The notes below the pieces were generated by a model. That model saw nothing but the letters and a program-made list of their open reading frames with translations, had not been told where the DNA came from and did no database searches. Made by a program: the position numbers and the translations under genes. Of a DNA stretch of 60,585 nucleotides, positions 37,816 through 49,091 are shown in pieces. The stretch spans positions 993,441-1,054,025 of the forward strand of contig NW_008246068.1 of assembly GCF_000281045.1 (NCBI RefSeq), in the 5' to 3' direction. The stretch comes from Saprolegnia diclina VS20. Taxonomy: Eukaryota. Positions within the stretch are counted from its first letter, which is position 1. Every line of letters starts with the position of its first letter.

Positions 37816-38021
37816 TCCTTGTGCGTCTGGTTCGATGGGACGCACTAACGGGCTCGTACAACAATGCTTCGCAAAGGGCAGTGACATCTTGTCGACGAGC
37901 TCGTATCACTTTGTCCAGCGACCGCTGGTGCGTCTCCATGCCACTCCTTGCGCTCGCCTTGCGTACACATCGGTGACTCCGTGCAGAGACGGGCAGAGCC
38001 ACAACATCATATTACATCGGC

Positions 38022-40437
38022 TTACAAGGACGTATGGTAGCGCAAGACGGACGCGACGTGGGACTGGGCCGACACTTGCACGGTTGTTGTCGGCGTATAC
38101 GTGCCATGAACGCCGGCTGTGAAGCGGACGCAGTGTCCTTTGGCGCAGTCGGCCGCCTCGGAGACCAGCAGCGTGTAGGCGCCGGGCGACACGTGCTTTT
38201 CGAGGCTCTGGCCCATCTCGTTGGTGTAGATGCCCCAGTCTTTTGCCCGGAGCTCTGCGCGCACGATCTTGGCGCTGCCGGCCGCGATACTCAGCTTCTC
38301 AAAGAACACGAGCCGCTTGGCCTCGGGCACATTGCCGCGGCGGGCTTCCTGGCGCAGAAACAGAAGGACAACATGGTCGCCGTCGCGGTCGCCAACGTTT
38401 TGGACGGCCAGTGTGACGGTCACCGCGTGGTTCTCGCCGAGCACCACGGATACGTCGCTGTAGGCAAAGCGCGTGTAGCTGAGCCCCGTCCCAAACGCCC
38501 ACTCGGGCGAACAGTCGCCAAAGACGCCGTTGGTGTTGCAGCCCGCGTTGCGCCGGTGGTAGTACGAGACCGCTGCGTCCAAAGGCGTCTTGGGGTATGT
38601 GTACGGAAGGCGTCCACTGGGGTTCGCCGCCCCAAGCAGCACGCTTGCGATCGCTGCGCCGCCCATTTCACCCGGTAGCATTGCATGTACGACGGCCGAC
38701 GCGAGGTCGGACAGCCCGCGCAGGAGCCGCGGCCGGCCTTCCACAAGCACTAGAATGAGCTTGGTTTTGGTCGCAGCGAGCGCGCGCACATATGCAAGTT
38801 GGCCATCGGGAAGGGCGAGATCCCGAATATCGCCGGGCTTTTCCGCGTACGGGCCTTCGCCGAGCACGACGACAGTATACGTCGCTTGGCTTGCGAGAAG
38901 CGTTGCTTTCGCCAGGTCCTCGGGTGTGTATGTGCCAGCGTCGTCGACACCAGCCATGGATGTCAGCGTGCAGTTCGGACAAGTCGTCTGTACGGCCGAC
39001 AGCACCGACTGGCCGTGCGGAAACATCGTGTTGCCACCGTTGCCTTGCCATGCAAGCGACCAGCCGCCGCAGAGATGCCCGATGCTGTCGACGGCCGGAC
39101 CGGTGAGGAAAATCGTCGCGTTCGGCGCCAATGGCAGCGTCGCATTGGTGTTTTTGAGGAGCACGAGGGACTCGGTGGCCATCGCAAGCGCTGCGGCTTG
39201 GCTGCTGGCGTCGCCGACCAGTGGGACGTTGGCCGCGCCGGGCAATGGCTCGTCGTACAGATGGAGCTGCAGCTTGAGCGTGACGATGCGCGTCGCGGCC
39301 TCGCGGAGGCGAGCGAGTGGTACGAGCCCGCGCTCGTACAGCGCTGTCGTGTACTTGATAAAGTCAATGTTGGTGGCCACCATGCTCATGTCGATCGAGG
39401 TTTCGGTGAGCGCGAGTTCGACGGCGTCTTGAAGCGACGAAGCGACGCCGTGAAAGAGGAAGAGGTCGTCGATGACGCCCCAGTCCGTCACGAGCATACC
39501 TTCGAATGCCAAAGCACCTCGCAGTAGATCGACGAGCATCTTGCGGTTCGCGCCCATGGGCACGCCGTTGAGCGACACGTAGTTCATCATGCCACTGAGG
39601 GCGCCCGCGTCGATCGCGGCCTTGAACGGCGGCATGTAGTAATTGAGAATCTCATAGTCGGAGAGCGTGATCGGGTCGCGGTCGTGACCCGATGGTGTTG
39701 CGGCGTACCCGATAAAGTGCTTGAAGCACGCTGCGATCGTGTGGTTGTCCTGTAGCCCTACCCCTCGTTTTAGAAAATGTAGTTTTTGAGAATCCATACC
39801 GTGCACGATCTGGGAGGCCATTTGCGTGACCAGATACGGGTCTTCGCCAAAGGTCTCGTACACGCGCGGCCACGCCTTGTGCGACGTCACGTCGAGGATC
39901 GGGCCAAAGATCCACGGAATGCCCGCGGCGACCGTATCCCGCGCCGTGTAATACCCAAGCTCGTGGACGAGACGGCGGTTGAAGCTCGCGCCAGCGTTGA
40001 TCTGGTGCGGGAAGAGCACGGCGTTGGCGACGTAGTTGGCGCCGTGCACCGAGTCGAGGCCAAAGAGGATCGGGTGGCCATCGATCTTCTTATGAATGGC
40101 CTGGATACGACTGAGGATAGCGCGCCATTCGGTGGCGTTCCAGCCGTACGTGGCACCCTTTGGGCCACCCGCAAAGGGCGAGTTGAGGTACGAGCCAATG
40201 CCGAGCGTCGCGTACGCTTCGACTTGGGCTTCGTTCAATGTCAAGTCGCTGTTGAGCACTTGGTTGATGCTGAGCTGCGTCATTTGCCCAATGAGCTGCG
40301 CGACGCTCTACGACATCGTTAGCTTTCGAGGTTGCACATACGAGGCGTACCATGTTGGCAACAATTCGAGCGGCGCGGTCGGGCGCGTCGTCGCTGAAGG
40401 CGGCCAACGGCAGTAGGAGCCACGGTAGAAGACGCAT
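38022..40437 (-). CDS. Secreted glycoside hydrolase family 3 beta-glucosidase (copy 2)
   Basis: Signal peptide MRLLPWLLLPLAAFS and the same GH3 motifs as copy 1, with a C-terminal Fn3-like region. Two short introns. Confidence 0.93.
39462..40263 (-). repeat. 802-bp near-identical inverted repeat shared with 27572..28373
   Basis: See partner repeat. Confidence 0.9.
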
Positions 40438-41077
40438 GATTCGAAAATGCAATCGAAAACCTTCGACGACAATCAGCATTCCAACCCACAAACGTGGGAC
40501 AGTCAATTTTTGGGTCGAGCAGTGTGGACAGAGTCCCACCGCTGCTCCAACGTGTACGTTTTCTGCAGCAAACCAGCTAATACGTGCGGCACAAGCCCAG
40601 GGACACGAGCGCTAAAAAATTCACTGTTGATCGCGAGACGGTGCCTTGGAGAAGCGCAACCCGGCGCCAGAGCTGCCGACTAGAACAGTGTAGAACGAAG
40701 TAGCTCAAGACCATAAATTTGGATGACCTTGAGGTGCTACTCATCGTCGTTCGTTGCACGGGCAGATGGGTGGCAACCTGCCTTCAATGCTTTTTTGTCC
40801 CATTTACGTTTTTATATTAGACCGCCAGACTGAGGATCGAGTTCCTAATAAGTAGCCTGCTCTACAGAGTACATTTTGCTCGTTGTCGCTGACGTCGCAT
40901 GCGGCACGCAGGAAGGAGAATGCTCGATGCCCTCTTCTTGATACGAACTTGAAACAAAGTCAACATTACACAGTGCGAATGGAGGAAGCGAATTTGGGAC
41001 GCGTACCAAGTGGCACGGGGTTCGATCCCTGTGATCGCTTTCGAAGGACACCAAACGATATTCTAGTGTCGTTGTTG

Positions 41078-44000
41078 CTAGGTTTTATACGTTGCCGCAA
41101 AGTGCGCAAGGAGGGTGTCGCCCTTGAACTGGACGTCCGGGAGCGCTTGAAAGGAAGCGATAAAGGCTGCAATGTCCGCAATGACCTTGGCTTTGCCGGC
41201 GGCCGTGCGCGGCGCGACGGCCTTGAAACACTCGGGCATCTTGTGCGTAAACATATCAAAGACGCGCGAGAAGACCACTTGCAGCTGGAGCGTTGGCAGC
41301 ACGGGGCTGAGCACTTGGTAGAGTTTCACCGTGTTGGCGGCAATGCTCCGCAGCGGTGCGCTCGGCACTGCGATCGTGTCGTAGTCGACGTCGGTCGCGA
41401 CCGCTTCCAGCGCCTTCTTCATGATCTGGTCTTCGACAATACTGAGAAATTTGCCGAAAATCTTGTGGTTGTGCTCGACATAGTCGTGCGTGACCTTGTC
41501 GAGTTCATCGAGCAGCAATTTTTGGCGCTGCGTCAAATGGAGGGCGAGCTGGCACTTGATGTGCGGAATGAACGCGACAATGACCTCGAGCGACTGCGAC
41601 GCCAGCCCTAACCCGCCACGTTACATGTCACAGCTCATCGGAGAGTCCACGGTGGCTACCGAGGTGCTTGGCCGAAATACTCTTGAGGTGAGCGACTTGC
41701 ATGGCGCCGGCGCCCAGCACGAGCTGCGTCGTCCGCGAGTTGAAGAGCTATCGCGCCGCGTCAGTACATAAGACAACATACAAGATTCTACCCGAAGCAT
41801 CTCGATCGAGCGCTGCACAATGTCGGTCGCCACGACGGGAAAGTTGGCCGCCAAGCTCACATAGTTCATGAGGATTTCGAGCGTCAAAAGCACCGACCAG
41901 ACGACGCGGAACGACAGCGTCGACGAGAGCGTGAGCTGCTTGAGCGGCGGCGCGGTCTCGGCCGCAACCACGTGGTCGTGCGACAAGACGAGCGAGACGC
42001 CTTTGCCTTGGGCAAAATGGAGCAAACTGGCGTGGCGCGACGCCGAGATCTCGGCGTTCTTCCACAGTTCGTGGTTGAGCGTCGACACGAGTTTGTTGAT
42101 CTGGCTCTGGTGGTACTTTTCCAAAAACAATTTCACTTGGTTGAAGAGCGCGCCGCGCAGCGTGTAGTCGGTTTTGCCCGTCGATTTTTCAAGGTTGACG
42201 ACAAAGCTCATGGTTGCATCGTAGAGCGACCGCAATTGCGGCATCGTATACGTCGCCTACACCCCATTTTTATAACAAGACGAAAGACATTGCGTCATGG
42301 ACCTGGACTTCCTTCCGGACCGCAAAGAGGTTGCTCACACTGCGCTGTGAGAATTCGCACGTTTTTCGAATCGCATCTTCGACTTCGCGCACGATTTTTG
42401 CCGCCTTTTTGGTCTCTTGCCACTCGGCGAGCTTGTCGGCGGCTTCGGGCGCCGCGTCCGGTGACCACTCGTCGTTCACTGGCGTCGTCGTCTGACTGCT
42501 GTCTGTGTCGGCCTCGTCGCGGGGCGTGCTGACGTCGACGCAAAACGTTGTCGCGAGCATGGTCTGCACCGACATAGCGCGCTGCAGCACGATCAAGAGG
42601 TGCTCAAAGATCATTTCGACGCACAAGAGAAACTCCTCGGACGTCAACGCGCGCAGCTGGACCGTCACGTTGGCATCGTCCCCGGGCGTGGTCGTCGACG
42701 ACGATTCGATCGTTTCACTCACGACGGTCTTGACGACGATCTTGATCTCGTCCGTGAGCTGGCTGCGATACTTGTTCATGGTCTCCGGAATGGCTTCGAG
42801 GCGGAAGAGCGCGTCCATGAGCCCTTTCATTTCATCGCGCGTCTGCTCTTGCTTGAGTGCGAGACTCTGTGCCAAGACGGGATTGCTCGCTGCGCTCGCC
42901 GCGTCGTACGACGGATCAAAGACCCAATCGCTTCCGGTGACCATTGCCAAGAAGCGCGCACTCATTTGGCTTCGAATGAACGACCGGTACGTCTGTAGCT
43001 TCTCGCCGAGCGACCGCACGCTGTGAATGCCCGCGAGCTGGCTCGTCGTACGCAGCGCCGTGTCGATCGCATCCAGCGCACCAGTGTAGTCGTGGCCGTG
43101 CACGAGCGCCTCGACGCTGCTCTCTGTGTGCTTCATCTCTTCAATCTGCAGTACAATCTCTTGGAGCTCGGCGAGCCGCTTCTGGCGCCGATGCAGCTGC
43201 AGAATCGCCAGCGACTTGTCGGCCATCGAATTGCGTAGCCGCTCCATCGTGGCCCTACAGCAAAGACACGTCATTCACGTCGTGATGACGAGAGCACGGA
43301 GCGAGACCGCAGGTGTTTGACTTGGTCGCAGGCTTGGGTCACGCGCTTCTTCATTTCGTTTTGCGAATTTGAGGCCTCGAAAAAGCGATCCGAGCGCGAC
43401 GACACTTGACGGAGCAAGCTCACTTCGACCCGGTCCAGATACCCCGAGAGCTATCCAATCGATCCTCGTGGATGGATACGTTGGTATTCTTGGATACCTT
43501 GTCTTGGGTGTCTTGGATCGATGCGCCTTGCAGCACTTGGTGGAACGTCTGCGGGTCCGTAAAGTCGTATTCGGGCTTGAAGTACATGCTCGGAACTTCC
43601 TGAAAGCACTTTTGCACGTCCTCTAAGTATCAATGTGTCAACTCTCAACGTATCCAGTGACAACCCTACCGTCGGCGGCCGCGACCGACGGCACGTTGGC
43701 CGACGCCAGTTGCTCGCGCACCGGTCGCTCGTGGTTTTTGGTGTACATGGCGCTTGCCTCGCCGAGACTCTTCATGAACGGGTCAAAGTCCCGGCGACTA
43801 ATGACCGGCGCGTTCAGCATCGACGTGATCGTGAGCTCCGTCTCGCCGGGCAGCGTGAACGCATCGAGAAACGCGTCGCCCCAGTTGCCGCCCCGCGGAT
43901 TGCTCAGCACCGAGTGCAGATTGTGCCCACACACGGTGAGGTACTCGCGTGCTTCCTCGGACGCCACGTGCTCGTCGTCGTCCATCGACGGGTCGTAGAA

Positions 44001-44753
44001 GCCGCTAATGTCGGCCTTGCGCTGCGCAAAGAGCGTCGGAAAGTCCGTCGGCATCATCATGCTCAGGCCCGTCTCGGCCGCCGACGTGAGCGAGCCCGCG
44101 GCAGAGCCTGCCGCGGACGTCAGCGTGCCAAGGCCCTTGCCGACCGGCGCCATGGCCGACCCGGCCGCCGACGTGAGCGTCCCGAGGCCTTTTCCGACGG
44201 GCGTCATGACGGACGAGGGCATCGATGTCAGTGCAGACGTGACCTTGGAGACTGACGACGGCGTCGACGGGAGCATCGAGGTTGCAAACGACGTGGCACT
44301 CGACATCATCGACATCATCGAGGGCGACTTGACCGCGTTCGGGCGGCTAAAGCTGCCTTGGCTCGGCAGCTTGGACGCGCTGCCATTTGACGCGCTGCTG
44401 TTGGAGCCCATCGGGCGATCGGCGTTGGTCGTCGTTTGTGGCCGCGGCGGTAGCCTCTCGGCCGACGATGTCGCTGAGCTTCCGCGCGGGGACATCATGG
44501 ACATGGCGCCGCTCATCGCATTCGCAAACGGGTTGAGCGATGGCCGTGCGGCGTCGCTCTCGAGCGGCGGGGGCAGTGACGTTGGTGGCTCCTTGCGACT
44601 GCCGTCGCTCGTGGTCGCGAACGGGTTGCCGGCCGCCTTCTCCGGCTGCGGCTCGGAGGGCGTCGGCGACGTGGGCGGCGACAGCGGCTTGCTCTTGGCG
44701 CCTGGCAGGAAGCCCGAGAAGAAGCCCGCGGACGAGCTCTTCTTCCTCATCAT
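41078..44753 (-). CDS. VPS54: GARP complex subunit Vps54-like (multi-exon)
   Basis: Low-complexity N-terminus, then VPSMYFKPEYDFTDPQTF, QDK-LSRYLDRVEVSL..SDRFFEA, YTLRGALFNQVKLFLEKYHQSQINKLVSTLNHELW and FNSRTTQLVLGAGAM. Confidence 0.85.
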
Positions 44754-44820
44754 GGCCGTGGATGTTTCACCAGAAACGACCGACGTCCGGATAACACGGC
44801 GCGCCGACGTTTTTCACGCG

Positions 44821-44902
44821 CCACGTGGCGTTCCCCACACGTGCGAAATGGTGAATTACACATGCGTGATACACACGTGGGAAACCCACCGATTCCCACG
44901 TG
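44821..44902. promoter_or_regulatory. Cluster of four CACGTG (E-box/G-box) motifs upstream of VPS54
   Basis: CACGTG at 44822, 44838, 44874 and 44897. The last two form a 10-bp inverted repeat (CACGTGGGAA-N9-TTCCCACGTG). Confidence 0.45.
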
Positions 44903-45940
44903 AGAAACGCACCCTGGGACTGTCGCAGGTACCCGACCCCTAAGAGCACGCGTCCACCGGCCGATAACGCAGGTCGCCTGTCGATGGATAATATTCGTAC
45001 GCGTACTATAGAACCAATCTCGACTACTAGTCTAATCGAGTACTATAAACTGCCAATTTGGCTTGGAGACAGCTTTGATTCCCAAGTGCTTCAAGGTTTC
45101 GAGATGCCAAAAAAGAGCGTCTGATACGACGAGCAGCTGAGCGCAAGAGAGGTGGACACGTCGTTCTCTTGTCCACTGCTACGCCCGGTCAAGTGGGTCG
45201 GTGGCACCAAGGAAACGCGCATGTCAATGGATCTGGTGCGCCAACGATATCGGCTCGTCCGCCATCAGCAAGACGCCAGTGCCGTGCACCGTCAAGGTAC
45301 TTCTTCGCAATCGCACAACCACCCAAGAGCCGAGAAAGAGAGGGCAGGCTGCTACATACTGAGTACGGCTGGGCGCCGAAGCGACTCCGAACGGTTCGAA
45401 TTTGTGTTGCGCAAGCAAATTTCTTGTATTTAGCGATCATTGCGTGCGTGTCGCTACTACCGACCATGCACCGACGTGATTCTCAAAGCGCTGAAGTAGG
45501 CTCCACCTGTCTTCCTTTCTCGAGTGAGCAATGAACTTGTACGGAGCCCTGTGGTTTGGCTACTTCAAGCTCGAAAAAAGACCCATCGTACCGGGATATT
45601 TGCCCTTTGACCCTTACTCACATTCACAGTACAGTGTACGCGAGTGCCGACAGCTGGTGCGTCCTGGCCCTTGCTTTTACTACCTTCCTACAGTGTCGAG
45701 TTAGTACGACGGCCAAGGCGCTTTAGTCGACGAAGTCTCGTACTGTCGTGTGTCAGCATCAGAAAGGCGCCACCGACTTGAGCAGCAGCCGATCCTCTGC
45801 GCTGTGATTGGATCCAGTGCGACGTCGCGTGAGCCGATTGGCTGTCTATCCGGATTTCGCAGCCAAATCCGGATACGCTGCATTTCGCATGGCCGAAAGC
45901 ACCAGTTTGCTTCCAGTCGTGACGAGCAGCAGCGATAGGC

Positions 45941-47395
45941 ATGTCCCTGACCACGCCCCACATCGTGTCGCTTGGCATGTTCTCGTACTGGCCGACGGCC
46001 CTCCAGAAGACCGCCAACGCCGACACGGAGCGCGTGTCCGTGCCCGACACGCTCTACCAGCGCCTCGTGCAGAAGGACCGGCGCGAAGAGCGCGCGTTTG
46101 GCTTCATCCGCGAGAGCTACCGCGCGTGGCGGCTCACGGGCATGGAGGCGCGCAAGGTCATCGTGACGACGCCCGAGCCCATGAAGGCCGAGGCGCCCAC
46201 CAACGACGACCTGGTCGATGCGCTCCAGCTCTTCCACGACGAGATGCAGGATGATGACGAGAACGACGACCATCGCATCATGCAGGACAACGCTGCGCTG
46301 TGCACGCCGACGACGTACGAGGCCATGGCGCCGTTGACGATGGCGCCGCCGCATGCCATGTGCTTGGAGTCGCCGCCGACAACGGACCTCGGCAGCGTCG
46401 CCGAGCCGCCGGCGCCGACCAAGAAGCGCAAGTTCCGCAAGTGGTATGCGCTTCGAGCCTGCTCGCCCTCTCTTTTAGGTACCAATGTAGTGGCTCGTCG
46501 GATGCGACCAAAGTCTTGCGCGACTGGCTCTTCGACCCGCACCACCAAGAACACCCGTACCCGTCCGAGAAGGTCGGACCCGATGGCGATATCCTTGCTC
46601 ATGCCGCGCATTCGTTAGGAGAAGAAGCTGCTCTCGGACGAGTCGGGCTTGACGATCAAGCAGATTGGCATTTGGTTCCGGAACGCGCGGCAACGCTTGT
46701 GCCAGCCGACGCCGTCCAAGATGACCATCCACCCGGAGCAAGCCGCTTCGTTCATGCAGCTCGTGAGGTACTCGCGGCGTCCTTGCATGTACAGCATCCG
46801 CCTCAACTCTCCTGTAGCCTGCGTCATGACGAGGCAACGCCACTTCGCCGCGGCGCATGGTCGGCCGAAGAGAACCTCTACGCGCAGCGGCTCATCGAGC
46901 TCTTCACGCAAGGCCACATGCCGATCCTCGAAGGCACGCCGCTCCGGTCCTTCCTCGCCATGGCGCTGCACTGCCACACGATGCGCATCTCGAAAAAGTT
47001 TGTGCGCGACTCGTCCGTCGGCAAGGTACGGCATCTAGTCGGTCTACAAGTCGATGACAATATTGTCATAGATTACGTTCCGGCGCGACCGCATCTTCAA
47101 CGCCCACGGTGGCGTCTTTGAGGGCATTCTCCAAGACCTTTTGCATCTCAAGGCCCGCGTGCTCGAGACGCGCCCGGCGAACGTCGCCAGCCAGAAGCAC
47201 AGCGGCGACGACGCGGCCTTCCAGGTCCAGGCCTGGCTCCGCAATGACCCGCCAGCCTTCAAGGCCGAGCCGCCGCCGCCGCTCGATGACGCCATGGAGA
47301 ACGACATGCTGGACGCGTTTGAGTTTGACCTTCTGGGGGCGACCTTTGGACCGTACGAGATCGACCCGACCGTCGCTGCGATGCTCTCGCCATGA
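45941..47395 (+). CDS. TALE-class homeodomain protein fused to a Myb-like domain (multi-exon)
   Basis: The spliced homeodomain reads KKRKFRK..SDATKVLRDWLFDPHHQEHPYPSEKEKKLLSDESGLTIKQIGIWFRNARQR. The second domain reads LRRGAWSAEENLYAQRLIELFTQG..GTPLRSFLAMALHCHTMRISKKF. Confidence 0.82.
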
Positions 47396-47942
47396 GCCAG
47401 ACCAAGAGGACGGTGAAGTTGAGGACATGGAAGAGACGACAAGGGACGGCGGTGGGGCGTGGGATCGCCAAGACGACGAAAGTGGCAGGCAGTGCGTGGG
47501 AAGATGCATGAACGAGGAGTTGTGGTGGCGTTGACGAAGAGACAAATGTATGCATTTTTGCTTTTGGTATGTAGTTGCACCTGCAATGGCGAGGCGAGGA
47601 AGGAGATCGGCCATACTTGCAGTGATGCGCAGCGCAGGTCGCATGGTGCTACGAGTACTGGGGCCATGGCCGGTCGTTGATGGATCGTACTCAGAGAGCT
47701 CGTGATGGGTACAAGTATGCATCGCCGGCCTACGTGCCATGCGCCGCTGGCCTGTCCAGCCGTGCGTCGCTCGTGAGACTTGGGGTGCTGGTGGTACGAA
47801 TGTGAGTCAATGTTGATGCGAAGTTATGCCATGAATCCTAAAACTACAGTCTACGTGTTGCGGTCGATTGACCACAGCCGCAGGGGGGTGGGGCTGGTTT
47901 TAAATCAGACGGCTGGTCGGCCATCGGTCGCCGAAGACCGTC

Positions 47943-48392
47943 TTACAGCTTGTCGACCTTGTCAAACGCGCCACCGCCGGGGTTGCGCTTCGCGAGCTCG
48001 GCGCGGTCGGCGGCCTTGTAGTCAAACGAGCAGTTGTGCTGGTCGGCGAACCGGTGGTTGGAGCAGTAGACGTAGCCGCAGCGGCACTCGATGCCCGTGA
48101 GGCCCACCTTCTTCTTGCAGTCCCAGCAGCGGCCCTTGTTCTTTTGCACAACGGGTTCGTCCTTCTTCTCTTCGTCGGCGGCGGCCGGCGCGGGCATCGG
48201 CGCGGCCACGACTTGCGGGGCCGCGACGGGCGCGGGCGACGCCGATGGCGGCGACGTGTAGTTGGCCGTCTCGACCTGGCGCGCCGACATGGTCTTCTTC
48301 CAGCACACCGAGCACATGTTGCCCGAGGCCGCGCTGCCAAAGAAGCCGCAGCCGTTGGCGCAGAGCTTCGTGGACTCGCCTTCCTGCTGCAT
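47943..48392 (-). CDS. A20/AN1 zinc-finger protein (SAP/ZFAND5-like)
   Basis: A20 finger LCANGCGFFGSAASGNMCSVCWK and AN1 finger RCWDCKKKVGLTGIECRCGYVYCSNHRFADQHNCSFDYK. Confidence 0.96.
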   Translation of the reverse strand: MQQEGESTKLCANGCGFFGSAASGNMCSVCWKKTMSARQVETANYTSPPSASPAPVAAPQVVAAPMPAPAAADEEKKDEPVVQKNKGRCWDCKKKVGLTGIECRCGYVYCSNHRFADQHNCSFDYKAADRAELAKRNPGGGAFDKVDKL

Positions 48393-49091
48393 TGTCTTGG
48401 TCGGTTGTGAAAAAGAAAAATGTAATTTAGCGGTTGGGAATTCTTTTTTTATCCCACTCGTTTTATTTAAAATATTTTCAACTGTCCACGTCGCAGATCT
48501 CGCAGCATATTAAACTTATTTATTTTAATTTCCGGACCTGGCCGTTTCCGCCTCTGCCAGCACGCGTCCTCGCTCTCCCTCGCTTTAGAAACCTATATTC
48601 CATCGAATGTTCGGGTTTCCTCTCTCAGATACGGACAAAGGTTCGTCAACCGAGGGAGCCTGTCGTGTCTTTGACCCGAGCGCGTTCGACGTTTTTCTCA
48701 CACGGTGTGTAGTCTCTCTGAAGTCGGAACACTCGCATTACTTACTGGCACTTCGTATTGGCTTGCCAGCGCCCGACCGCCTCTCCCAGACCTTGTGCCG
48801 ATAACAAAAAACGACTACGAGTCGAGTAGCTACAGGATGGCGGCTCCTCCCGCGGCCTGCTGTACCGGCTACAATGAAGTGCTCGAGTTGAATGGAGATT
48901 GCAGCTGTAGTACAGTGTACTAGAATACGTAGTGCAGGGAGCCAAGCTACTACTGCAGTGTCCCAGGAGAACGCCGAGACAAGCGCCGCGCAACTTGAAC
49001 TTGAGTTGATCCGAAAGATCGCAAGCGCGAAACGGGCTCGGGACCGAAAGGTCACGTCGTGCCACGCGTTGTATCGTCCAGAAGTCTGAAG

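Noticed and set aside
40995..41040. tRNA-like words TACCAAGTGG and GGGTTCGATCCC near the VPS54 3' end
   Set aside because: The A- and B-box-like words are almost adjacent, with no room for an anticodon arm and no acceptor stem. Only a 7-bp hairpin forms.
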